A DNA stretch of 64,000 bases from Octopus vulgaris (lineage: Eukaryota): assembly GCA_951406725.2 (NCBI GenBank), contig OX597830.1, positions 58,280,001 to 58,344,000 of the forward strand, written 5' to 3'. How positions within the stretch are numbered: position 1 is the stretch's first letter; every line of letters begins with the position of its first letter. The position numbers and the translations under genes are program-made. This document shows positions 13,950 through 25,836 of this stretch, piece after piece. Below the pieces are notes generated by a model. The model made no database searches, had not been told where the DNA came from, and saw only the letters and a list, made by a program, of their open reading frames with translations.

Positions 13950-14050
13950 AACATTGGCTGACAGAAGCCTATTCCACGAAGCCATTCGCATCGTACTCAC
14001 ACAAGTGTTTCTCTTCCAATCAGTCGTATAACCCACGTGTAAACACGTGT
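13950..14050. promoter_or_regulatory. Candidate proximal regulatory region of the NtA gene (CCAAT boxes, tandem E-boxes)
   Basis: ATTGG at ~13952, CCAAT at 14016, and CACGTG at 14034 and 14044, all 370-470 bp upstream of the ATG. Confidence 0.3.
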
Positions 14051-14848
14051 TTCATTCTCTGTTTGTTTATGTTATTTCACTGTCGAAATCTTCGGTTTAT
14101 CGCAGACAGCAGAGTCTCACTACACACCCATTCACTAATCTTTCGGTAATTCAATCAGGAGAATACCTCATTACCTTATTTTTTTCCCCCGTTTGTTAGA
14201 TTTTCCTACTATTTATTATGCACCTGGGTTTCTTAAAATAGTGAAGGTAGAGATGTAAAACAAAACAACAACAAAAAAGAACAAACAAAAATGTACAAAG
14301 AAGGCGTATTTATGCGGTTCTCTGGCATCGAGTTTATCGCAGAATGCTTAAGTTGCTGTTAAAGGCGTGGTCTTACAGATAAAGTTCGTTTACGAATACA
14401 ACTTTATTAGACAAATAAGAAAATATATAAAAAGGGGGCGTGACCCACCCAACCACGTCTCCCGCAATTTACAAGCCTTTCTATCCTTATATACAATCTC
14501 TCTCTCTCTCCCTCTCTCTCTCTCTGTATATATATGTGTATGTGTGCGTAAGAGAGAGTGCGCACATACAAATTCATATATTCTAACTAGCTGCTTTCCT
14601 TATATATGCATACACGCATATTATCTATCTATATATCTATCTATATATATCTATATATGTGTGTGTGTGTATGTGTGTGTATGTATGTATATATATATAT
14701 ATATATCATATAACGATATCCTAACTAGTTATTTTCCTTAAATATGAATACACGCATATATATATATATATATATGCACACATACATATATACATATATA
14801 CATACGTACGTACATACATACATAACACATACATTCATGCATACATAC

Positions 14849-14894
<46 letters not shown>

Positions 14895-15321
14895 TATAGT
14901 ATATAGTTCTGCTTAGTTTAAAATTTCGTAGGTGCAGATGAGGCGACTACAACTGATGTTCGGAGTCAAAGAAGGGAGAGAAAAAATTTGGACCACCATT
15001 GGTCAGTTCTGGTCAGAGTATCGATAAAACACGGGAACGTCTAGGCGGCTTTAGGTTGGCCAAAAGGCATCCAAAGGAATTTACACAATCCCAAAAGAGC
15101 TGTAATTACCGTTGGAGAACATCCGAAGTGTTGTTGGTCTTTAATTACAAGTCAACATTGATCTAGCAAACCTTATTGAATGTGTCCTTTAAAGAAAGTG
15201 GATTGTGATTTAAGGCGAAGTTTCTCATATGAGGCGGCAGGGTGTGGTGGTGGTGGTTGGGGTTCAGCTTCCACCTGGAGAGACTGTGAAGTGTTGGAGA
15301 GCAGGGGAGCAAATTGTTATT

Positions 15322-15556
15322 CTTTTAGTCTTTTACTTCAGCCATTTGACTGCGGCCATGCTGGAGCAATGCCTTTTAGTCGAACGAGTCAAGCCCAGGA
15401 CTTATTCTTTGTAAGCCTAGTAGTTATTCTATCGGTTTGTTTTGACGAACTGCAAAGTTACGGGGACGTAAACACACCAACATCGGTTATCAAACGATGG
15501 TGGGGAAACAAACACAGACACACAAATATGTGTGTGTGTATATGTATGTATGTGTG

Positions 15557-15625
<69 letters not shown>

Positions 15626-15762
15626 GACGGGCTTCTTTCAGTTTCCGTCTACCAAATCCACTCACATGGCTTTGGTCGGCCCGAAGCTATAGTAGAAGTC
15701 TCTTGCCCAAGGTGCCATGCAGTGGGACTGAACCCAGAACCATGTGGTTGAGAAGCAAGCTT
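15322..15762 (-). mobile_element. SINE family B
   Basis: Reverse complement of the 4280-4755 element, with internal (TA)n. Confidence 0.8.
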
Positions 15763-16195
15763 AATCTTGTCTTCAACATTGTCCAACACCATGGCAAAGA
15801 AAGAAGGATTGTATGGATACGGCCTCATTAATAGTTTTGGGGGAGGGGCTGGTGCTTATCATTTAAAAAACTTCTGATTAAAGAGACATTTGGCTGCTGT
15901 TTCTAGCTGGCCGAGCGACTACATAGAAGACCTCTTCAGTGGCTCAACAGCTTGGTTACTAAACATTTTGTTTATACTTGTCCCTTAATCCCTTGATCAC
16001 AATACTGAAGGGACAAACAGCAAATAGTAATTTAGTGCTCTACAAATTCTCTTGCTCTCGGCAATTTCTAGTCGGTTGTTGCTGTATACACAATGACCCA
16101 GACCGGTTAATTGGAAAGAAAAGAACTAAGAAGACGGTGGGAATGTGTTTGGAGTATCGTTGGCAATTACCACGGAATATAGGAAACTGATAAGT

Positions 16196-16197
<2 letters not shown>

Positions 16198-16257
<60 letters not shown>
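16198..16257. repeat. (GA)n microsatellite
   Basis: Seen directly. Confidence 0.95.
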
Positions 16258-16260
<3 letters not shown>

Positions 16261-16489
16261 ATTAGCTTTTTGTTAAACAGGTGACTATCTGAATGAATCT
16301 GTTACTTTGTGTTGTTTCCTTCTAATATAATTATATTTAACGTTGAAAGTCAACAAAGTTTGCATTAGAAGCGTTGAGATGTATTGAAAGATACAAATAA
16401 AGAAATCATTTTATTCTCAAACGCAGGATAATGCTAATAATATAGCATAAATAGGATAAACTATCCATATTTTGCAGAAAAATCTGTCG

Positions 16490-16570
16490 GCGGCCAGCCA
16501 TGAGACTCGAACTCACATTCCTGTGATTACGCGTCAAGTGCTTCACCATTAAACTAAACTACCCAGCGAC
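16490..16570 (-). pseudogene. tRNA-like sequence (pseudo-tRNA or SINE head, Thr-CGT-like loop)
   Basis: Minus strand TAGTTTAATGGTGAAGCACTTGACGCGTAATCACAGGAATGTGAGTTCGAGTCTCA has A/B boxes and a T-arm, but U33 is absent and the acceptor stem is poor. Confidence 0.45.
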
Positions 16571-16928
16571 AAATTCTTCTGCAATTTCTGAGTTCAAATT
16601 CCGCCGAGGTCGACTTTGCCTTTCGTCCTTTCGGGGTCGATTGTAGTCGATGTTATCGACTCGTCCACTCACTCAAATGTCCAAGTCTTGTACCTATGGT
16701 ACAAAAAAAATTACCTTATATTTAAGGCGAAGACAGCGAACTGGCAGAATCGTTAGTGTAACAGAGAAAGTGTTTGGTAGCACTTCTTCCGGCTCTTCTG
16801 AGTTCGAATTCTACCGAGGTCAACTTTGTTTTTCATCTTTTCAGCAATGATGAAATAAAGAACATATCAAATACTGTGGTCGTTGTAATCGATTTGCCGC
16901 ATTCTCTCAAAATTTCTGAGGTGGGGTG

Positions 16929-17095
16929 CACTAGCGTAGCAGGGAGGGGGCGATAGGGGTGGTCCGCCCCGGGCGGCACTTTTAAAGGGGCACCACTTTG
17001 GGGCTCTGCTGTAGGCAATACGTGTTTTTTGTGGGGTCCAGGGGCGGCAAACGGAAGGGCTGCCCCGGGCGGCACACACTCTAGCTACGCGAGTG
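16929..17095. mobile_element. GC-rich hAT-like MITE
   Basis: TIRs CACTAGCGTAGC / GCTACGCGAGTG (11/12); 8-bp TSD GTGGGGTG / GTGAGGTG. Confidence 0.75.
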
Positions 17096-18613
17096 GTGAG
17101 GTGGGGTGGGGTTTGCCATCTTCTCTGCACTTTCATTTATTTACAGCCACGCAGGCTTTGGAATTCTGTTCATTTGACCATTAATAAGACGTCGTCGGTC
17201 TCTAGAATCAGCGCCCATGACTCTTTTCAAAGCCTCCAGTGGGGAGATGTTTATCTACAAACCGAGACCCGATCCCAATCCTTGCAGCTGAATCAAATCC
17301 GCTAGAGGCACCCAGGGGCCTGGTGGTGGTGTTAAACCGGATGACAGATAAGTCTTCCGCCCAAATACAAGAACGATTCCCTCAAAGGGTTTCTGTAGTT
17401 CCCATTTGTTGATTTCACTTACAAGGCTTTCGTCAACTTGAGGCTAAAGCAGAAGAGTTGGGCGCGCAGCGGGTTTCGAAATTTGGACGCCCGTTAGGAA
17501 ATAAATGCCTGGCCAGACACATTCTATATAGATATAATGTTTACAATAATCTGCGTAATTTCACTTACGTATTTTCACCACTTCTAATTTTAGATCAAAA
17601 TTGCAGAATCATCTTCATACATTCAAAAGAGATGAAGCCTAAACAACATCCCTCTCTGCGAAGGTCTGGGAGTTAAATGACAAAACTATCGGTTTTCATC
17701 GAACGTCCAACGCTAGATATGCTAAGCCTTCTGTTGGTGCTAGATATGGTTGCATCTCTGCGGTTTGGAATTCTTGAAAAGCTTAAAATGCACGGATGAT
17801 AATATTAATAGAGGCGATGAATTAAGAATCAAATGCCTGCGTTCTTCCCGTAGAACTTTTTAAATACTTGGGTTGATTCTATAGTCTTCTCCGGGTGCGA
17901 GATACGTACCCGCAACTCTACTACAATGTACACCTTAACTACTAGCAATAAGATTCATGTGTAACGGGAATAGATTGCTTCTTGCACTTTTAGGGTGCAA
18001 CTGGTGCATTCACAAATTTCCGTTGCTTAAATTTCCAGATTCTACCAGTCAAAGAACACAAACGCGACAGTAAAAATATATACTCTTTATTGTTCTTATA
18101 ACAGTAAGAAATAAGTGGTATATTTGGTTCCGCTTGGTATGGATGTGTCAGAGCTGAAACTTTAACGCTTGTAAGAATCTTACAAGTGCAACAGCAAACT
18201 GAGCTGGTCAAAATATGGCGTCCTTAGGGAGCGAAGAAAATGTGGTCTGCAACAATGTCTGGTGGAAAAGCCTTCTGTCAGACTGCTACGGGGATTAGTT
18301 GATCACACGTATGAAAATACGTGCTTTCCCTTCGGTCGCAGTGCCTCAAGTCGCTCTGCTCACTGCTGCTATGCGTCTCCATGTACCCTTTTTAGGGGAA
18401 CGCCACATCATCATTCCCTTCTTCCGGTCTTCGCGCATGCGCGAGAGGGCCCTTCCCTTCTGCCTCTACAGAAGGCTCCAAACTCCGCACACGCGAACTG
18501 AAGTGGCGTTAGCGCGCTGTTGGAATAGCGTCACTACACATGTATTGTATTTAGGTAACCTACAGTATCCTAATACTATTAATACTAATAACTGATTATA
18601 TTTAAGCTACTTT

Positions 18614-19024
18614 GGATGTTTTCGGTTTGACCGGCAGTTTTTAAAAATAATTTCCACGTAACTAAACACTTTTAAACTTCATATACTGGTAGAATGTGTT
18701 TATAAAACATCTTTTTCTCTTGGCTTTATTGAGAAAATTCTATAGTTTGTAAGATATTTGTTGTTTTTTCTTCTTCAATTTCTGCAATTTCAACCAAACA
18801 ATGACGTCTATTGAGGTGAAAACATTCTGTGCCGTATGAATATGTCCCTCGTTTAAGAAACAGATTGGGTTTATTTACATTTCTGAAGAAAAAAGATACC
18901 CTTCCCCCCACCCCTAACCCTAAAACAGATTGAAATGCAATAGATCGATACTAGGGTCATAATTATGGGTGACAATTTCATATGACACCCCTAGAAAAAA
19001 CTGCCGGTCAAACCGAAAAGATCC
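18614..19024. mobile_element. Merlin-like MITE
   Basis: ~29-bp TIR GGAT(G/C)TTTTCGGTTTGACCGGCAGTTTTT, GG termini, 8-bp TSD GCTACTTT / GCAACTTT, internal CCCTAACCCTAA. Confidence 0.75.
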
Positions 19025-19107
19025 GCAACTTTTGCATAGCCTTCGTTCTAACGACATGTTCCGATGATTATAATAATATTATACAATTTACGATTTAATA
19101 ACTTTAA

Positions 19108-19330
19108 CCCATTAAGTCCCACTGTCCTATAAACAGGACACTAAATGAGAACATTAATTAAGCTATATCACATTGTCTCAGAGTCCTATTTATAGGACAC
19201 CTAGTATTTCCATTTCTACTTGATGTAAAGGAGTTTTAATAATTATTTTCTTGATTTTAACCTATTTTCTATCATCTGTAAAAATTTTAAAGCAATATTC
19301 ATATATTTAAGTACTCTGGGGCTTAATGGG
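19108..19330. mobile_element. piggyBac-like MITE
   Basis: TTAA|CCCATTAAGTCCCA ... TGGGGCTTAATGGG|TCAA, with subterminal palindromes GTCCTAT..AGGAC. Confidence 0.75.
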
Positions 19331-19509
19331 TCAATCAGTTTTCTTCTAATCTTACGTTCTACCTTTATATTTGCTTCATCCTCCCAAGATCTTTACAATT
19401 CTTTATAATTCTGATAAATTCCTTTCACATTTTCTTAATACTCCCCTTTTTACTTAATCTGTATGATTTTAATTACTTTGTTTTATTCTTATCGGTAATG
19501 TGACAATAT

Positions 19510-19785
19510 TGGCAGAATTGTTAGCACGCCGTATTTCGTCTGCCGTTACGTTTTGAGTTCAAATTCCGCCGAGGTCGACTTTGCCTTTCATCCTTTCGGG
19601 GTCGATAAATTAAGTACCAGTTACGCACTGGGGTCGATATAATCGACTTAATTTGTCTATCCGTCCTTGTTTGTCTCCTCTGTGTTTAACCCGTTGTGGG
19701 CAGTAAAGAAATAGGTATTTTGTCTGCCATTACGTTCTGAGTTCAAATTCCGCCGAGGTCGACTTTGCCTTTCATCCTTTCGGGA
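19510..19785 (+). mobile_element. SINE family A, dimeric, truncated
   Basis: Core repeated at ~19555 and ~19737. Confidence 0.8.
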
Positions 19786-20671
19786 TTATTGCTCTCGAAA
19801 TATATTAATTATTTTCTTTTCCTTTCCTTTCCTTTCCTTTCCTTTCCTTTCCTTCTCCACTCCTTCTTTCTTCGGAAATTTGGCAGAGACCTTCGCTCTT
19901 CTCTGCGATTTTTCCTTGGATAATTTTCTCTGAAGAATAAATAGCTGAATCTCGCTTATTTAAAGCTGATATTCTATTAACTCTACAATAATTAATTGAT
20001 ACACTTTAATCAATAGGAATTCAGTAATTGAATCTGTAAAGCTTGAATTTATTAACTATGTCGCTCCTTTGATGTACTAAACAATACAACACAGTAAATG
20101 GGTTCTTTTTGAGAGCAACGTCGGCAACTGACTTCAAAAATGTTTCGATAGGGCCAAATGTCATGCTTGGTGATTGCTCTCTGCGGGTATATAAACCTCT
20201 TTTGCTTGTAACAGTTTGTTTTTTAGTGATGCCGCTACGTTAAATAACATCTTTAGATTAAATACACCTTTTAAATATTCTATAACTTACCACCTTATTC
20301 TGCTATCCTCCCTCTTGATTCACTGATTATAGTTCCACCCACATTATATTTCTTAGATGTTGGTAACTCTAATTCGAAATTTCACTCCTGGATGAACCGT
20401 TGATTCACCAGCAAGTCACTGCTCGCTTTGTATATTTGATAAGCCTGATGAACGGAGAGTTGCGTAACGGATTGCATATCCTTACGAGTGTTGTACATGC
20501 TAACGTCACAGCAAAAACTCTTAATGAAACAATTGTAGCAACACCACATAAGCCATTCGTCTGTTTTTACATCGACCACAGTGCGTAACTGGTACTTTAT
20601 ATATACATATATATATAAATATATATAGCATATATATAAATAACATACATATAGCCCTGATATATTAACCA

Positions 20672-20920
20672 CCGCTATGAAAACACAAATAGTGAGCGGT
20701 GTTCCACAGGGCACGGTCTTGGGACCATTGCTTTTTATAGTGGCCCTCTCAGATATGCCCTGAAGTGCCCGGATAGCCACCCTTGCAAGCTATGCAGACG
20801 ATACGAAAGTCTCGCAGAAAATACAGAATCCCAGCGATGTTGCACATCTGCAGCAGGAGTTGTACTCAATTTACAGATGAGCTGAGAACAATAATAATCA
20901 GTTTAATGCTGAAAATTCCA
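20672..20920 (+). mobile_element. CR1/L2-group LINE reverse-transcriptase fragment
   Basis: Reads SGVPQGTVLGPLLFIVALSDMP*...ASYADDTKV...LQQEL, with in-frame stops. Confidence 0.85.
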
Positions 20921-20924
20921 AATG

Positions 20925-21372
<448 letters not shown>

Positions 21373-21490
21373 TTAAATTAGAGACAAAACCACTTTTAGG
21401 CAAATCAAACAATGAAAGACTTAAGCCAATACATATGATTAATTTATATTATTTAAATATGTAACAATTATTAAAAAATATAATTAATAT

Positions 21491-21553
21491 CCACTACGAT
21501 CGTTTCCTGCCTGCTGTCTTTAAATTTTTGAATCGCAGTCATTCATCAGGTGG
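21491..21553 (-). ncRNA. Hammerhead ribozyme motif (type I, palindromic stem III)
   Basis: Minus strand: CCAC-CTGATGA-A-TGACTGC...GCAGGCA-G-GAA-ACGATCGT-A-GTGG. Stem I CCAC/GTGG, GUA cleavage triplet. Confidence 0.65.
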
Positions 21554-21611
21554 TTTCAAAATTTTTCTTGGCGAGTTTTAAACAATGAACTATCATATAT
21601 ATATATATATT

Positions 21612-21832
21612 CTTTTACTTGTTTCAGTCATTTGACTGTGGCCATGCTGGAGCACCGCCTTTAGTCGAACAAATCGATCCCAGGGTTTATTCTGTATAAG
21701 CCTAGTACTTGTTCTATCTGTAGCTTTTGACAAAACGCTAAGTTACGGGGACGTAACACACCAAAATCGGTTGTCAAGCGATGGTGGGGGACAAACAGAC
21801 ACACAAACACATGCATATACATACATACATAT

Positions 21833-21872
<40 letters not shown>

Positions 21873-22030
21873 GACGGGCTTCTTTCAGTTTCCGTCTAAT
21901 GATGTTGTGAGTGAAGTGTTTGAGAAGAAATTAGCTTTAAAAAAGACAACGAATGTCATGCAGTGGGACTGAACTCGGAACCATATGGCTGGGAAGCAAG
22001 CCTCTTACCACACAGCCACGCCTGCGCCTA
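21612..22030 (-). mobile_element. SINE family B with internal replacement
   Basis: Matches family B; 21896-~21952 is replaced by non-SINE sequence. Confidence 0.75.
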
Positions 22031-22964
22031 TATATAGTCTGCCCAGTGTGTGTGTGTGTATGTGTGTGTGTGTGTAAAGCGAGAAAGAGAGAGACAATAC
22101 AGGTATAAAAATTATAACACGATTCAAATCCTTGATATATTAAAACTATTTCCACCTCTGGGGGATCTCTCATAAATTACCAAATGGCAACCAAAACCAG
22201 TTTCACTTGAGATGGCGAAATAATCTCAAGATTCAGGAATGCTACAAAGTTCACATGCCGCCAAGGGTTGCGTCTGAAGATAAGAGGACAATCGTGATGA
22301 TGTATTCCTGCAACAATATGCGTCATCAGTCCGAAAATTGTTGAAGCTTATCTCCAGTTTGCCAAGGAACAGAATAGAACCCATTTCTGGTTAACCCGGA
22401 GACGTTTTATTAAAAGATTCGAATCCACATTTGCTGGCTTTTGTCATCCCTCTAAAACGACATAATTTCTTCTCAAACACTTCACTCACAACATCATTAG
22501 CCAATAATTTTACTTTAACCAATATCTGTAACATATGTTCTGCCTCATTGGTATGCGAAGCGTATGTATTACAAGACTTTCAAAATGTCCTTGACCACAT
22601 TTTAACTGGTCATTTTCACTTATTTTTTATCCCCAAAATCGTTGATGTAGCCATTTCGTACACTGCACTAAAATAATTCACTTTGACATCAACTTCTTTA
22701 CAAAAAAAATCTTTATTTCTACAGTAATGTTTCCTGCAGGCTTTCCTTTTAGCAAAGTGAATATTTTTATACAATCATAAATCACATTTTCAGAAAAAAC
22801 CTAAACCACTCATGGGCAAAGTGCAGCCCACAGATCTTTGTGAATGGCCACCAACGAGAAATTATCTTGGAATTTTTGGTAGTTCGACTCGCCTGAAGGT
22901 GATTCATGTTTCATACTGCCCGCTTCTCGAAGAAGGTTGCACATGACTGAGATGAGCGAGTCCT

Positions 22965-23200
22965 TGGGAGGAACTACAGGAGCTTAACCTGCTGCTATCG
23001 GTTTTGTGCCGGTCACAGTCGAGACATTAGGTGTTCTCGGACTCCGCACTACTGGTTTCCTCCGCAAAATCAGGATAACAGCTGCCCGGCTGAAAATGAA
23101 CCCTGCAAGGTGGAGTGGCTGTTGCAGAGAGTATCGCTGGCCATTCTTCGCAGCAACACCTTTGCAATTATTATGTCCGCAAGGCGCAGCTGGACACGCC
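22965..23200 (+). mobile_element. CRE-clade-like non-LTR retrotransposon 3' end (RLE C-terminus)
   Basis: FVPVTVETLGVLG...FLRKI then, after a frameshift, WLLQRVSLAILRSN; this matches the VETLG / QR.S.AI.RGN signature. Confidence 0.7.
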
Positions 23201-23636
23201 ATTTGGTCTGAGGTCTCCAACCCGGCAGTTCCTTCCCCACCACCATTTTCTCTTGCTTAATTCCACCCCTCACACCCTTTGTTTCTTTGGTAATTATGGG
23301 TTTCATTTTTCTCGATGATCTCATCTTTAATCCTATTCATGCTTTTTTACCCATTCTAATGATTCTGTCTCGAACAAAACTCAAAGACTGCAAATTGGGA
23401 GAAACTCTGGAGACCAGTTTGTTTTGATTTGTATCTTTGAATGGAACAAGTTCACCTCGCTGTTATTCTTTTCAACCACGTGGTACATAGTTTTGTTTGC
23501 TTCCGATTTTATTCATCATTAAAACAAGAAGAAATAATCCAAGAAAATTCGTGTGGAAGCCCCTCACCGATACTTTAAATCCTAAAATGCTAATTCCATA
23601 TTTTGGTATAGAATCGTTGGTAGATATGATTTTATT

Positions 23637-23878
23637 TACATTATTTACATTTGACGGATATTTGTCCTCATCTTGTTTGTTAACACAACGTTTCGGCTCA
23701 TATATTCTCCTGCCTTCATCAGGTGTCTTAGGGAAATTTCGAACCTGGGTTCTCATTCCTACGGTATTTTTCGTTGTTATCATTATTATTATTATTCAGG
23801 TCGCTGCCCGGAATCAAACTCAGAATCTTAGGGTTAGTAGCGCGCGCTCTTAACCACTACGCCATATGCCCGTGGGCA
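23637..23878 (-). mobile_element. Solo tRNA-head + hammerhead cassette (Penelope terminal-repeat derived) with 16-bp TSD
   Basis: TSD TAGATATGATTTTATT at 23621-23636 and 23879-23894. A box TGGCGTAGTGG, B-box-like GTTTGATTCC. Matches 47879-48094. Confidence 0.8.
23682..23727 (-). ncRNA. Minimal type I hammerhead ribozyme
   Basis: Minus strand: GACAC-CTGATGA-A-GGC...GCC-GAA-ACGT-T-GTGTT. Intact core, palindromic ACGT stem III, stem I GACAC/GTGTT. Confidence 0.75.
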
Positions 23879-24009
23879 TAGATATGATTTTATTCTCACC
23901 ACTTTAATGGAACTTGTGGTAAAGTTACGCTTACACAATTAAAGCGGTCAAAATTATACGCACTCCCTGCTTTTTCTGTGTATCTATACAAAAGCAGGGG
24001 ATAAACAAG

Positions 24010-24900
24010 TAGGTCATTTTTCTATAAAGTCTCCTTCCTTTTCAATGCACTTGGTCCAGTGGTACACAAGCTTGTGTCTTCCTCCAAGAAGAAGGTTTCC
24101 AGTTGGTCATGCAACCATTTATGCACTGCTTCCTTCACATCTTCATCCGCAGGAAATTGACGACCTCGTAAACCATCTTTGAGAGGTCCAAAAATATGAT
24201 AGTCGGAAGGGGCAAGATCTGGGCTGTAGGCAGGGCGTTCCAGCACCTCAAAACCCAATTGGTTAATGGTCTGGGCGGCCTTGTGTTGGCGTGCATTGTC
24301 AAGCAACAATACTTTCTTCGACAATAGGCTTCGGCGCTTGGCGCGAATTGCTGGCTTCAGTTTGTTGGTCAGCAAAGCACTGTATCTTGCACTGTTGATT
24401 GTAGACTCCTCTTCCAGATAGTCTTCCAGTAGAGGCCCTTTTGAGTCCCCCAAAATGGTTAGCATCACCTTTCTCGCAGAAGACTGTCTTGAATTTCTTC
24501 GTCGCTGGAGAGCCGGGATGTTTCCACTCCATACTCTGTCGTTTGGATTCTGCCTCATAATGATGGACCCATAATTCATCTTCTGTGACTATTCTGCCCA
24601 AAAATTCTTTGCCCTCATTGTTGTAGCGATCGAATAAACGTTGGCAGACCTCAAGACACTTTCGCTTGTGCTCTGCAGTAAGCTCTTTTGACACCCATCC
24701 TGCACAGACTTTATGGAAGCCGAGCTCATCGTGGATGGTTTGATACGCAGAACCATGACAATCCTTCTAACCAGAGAAATTGGATCGTTACTCTTTATTC
24801 TTTGGTGCACATTGCTAGTGGAGCGGCCATGCTTACACTGTAAAGCCAGAAAGAAAAATGGCGCAATCAGGCTCAAACTTCGATCACATGACTACAACAG
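24010..24900 (-). mobile_element. Decayed mariner (DD34D) transposase
   Basis: IVTEDELWVHHYE, LLLDNARQH and YSPDLAPSDY motifs across frameshifted ORFs 24299-24694 and 24022-24579. Confidence 0.9.
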
Positions 24901-25099
24901 TACCAACTATAAGCACGCATACGCAGAAGGCGGTGTGACAATAATAAAGATATGATACGAGACTACCCGTGACCCGTTAGGTCACCGGGAAATTCGGAGT
25001 TTCCCAGCAATGGGGTTTTTTCTCTTCCAGGTTATTTCGCATGCTTTCAATGAATGTTACATCGAAATCACGCGTAAACGGCTCCTTTCCCCAGAAAAG

Positions 25100-25218
25100 A
25101 AAGATTTGGTTGCTATTTTTTGCACGTCCTACTACCACGTAACAGGTATTTCGGGTCCTTTATCGCAAATAGCAGTTATGTGGTAGCAGGGCGTGCTATA
25201 AATAGCGGCTAAATCTTT
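25100..25218. repeat. Imperfect inverted repeat (~44-bp arms)
   Basis: AAAGATTTGGTTGCTATTTTTTGCACGTCCTACTACCACGTAAC pairs with GTTATGTGGTAGCAGGGCGTGCTATAAATAGCGGCTAAATCTTT. Confidence 0.7.
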
Positions 25219-25449
25219 GGAGGTGAGATGCGTTGAATGCACTCGGAAAAAAAAACCTCTGGAAAAAACTATTTCACACCGAGGTTACGAACGGTTCTTT
25301 TACGAAATATTTACCGTATTTTTAAAGTCATTTTCGCATATATTTTAAATATGCCAAAAAAACTTTTGTAATGGTATTCACTCGAAAATAATTTTTAAAA
25401 AACATTAACATATTGTCTGTTTAAAGAAAACTAAAATATAGATACTTAC

Positions 25450-25836
25450 TCTTTAACTTGTTTCAGTCATTTTGACTGCGGCCATGCAGGAGCACCGCCT
25501 TTAGTCGAACAAATCGACCCCGGGACTTATTCTTTGTAAGCCCAGTACTTATTCTATCGGTCTCTTTTGCCGAACCGCTAAGAGACGGGGACGTAAACAC
25601 ACCAGCATCGGTTGTCAAGCAATGCTAGGGGGACAAACACAGACACACATATATATATATATACATATATACGACAGGCTTCTTTCAGTTTCCGTCTACC
25701 AAATCCACTCACAAGGCATTGGTCGGCCCGGGGCTATAGCAGAAGACACTTGCCCAAGATGCCACGCAGTGGGACTGAACCCGGAACCATGTGGTTGGTT
25801 AGCAAGCTACTTACCACACAGCCACTCCTGCGCCTA
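25450..25836 (-). mobile_element. SINE family B
   Basis: Well-preserved copy. Confidence 0.85.

Noticed and set aside
22120-22950. Possible hAT transposase remnant (end AAGGTTGCACATGACTG)
   Set aside because: No matching second terminus, TSD or readable transposase motif was found.
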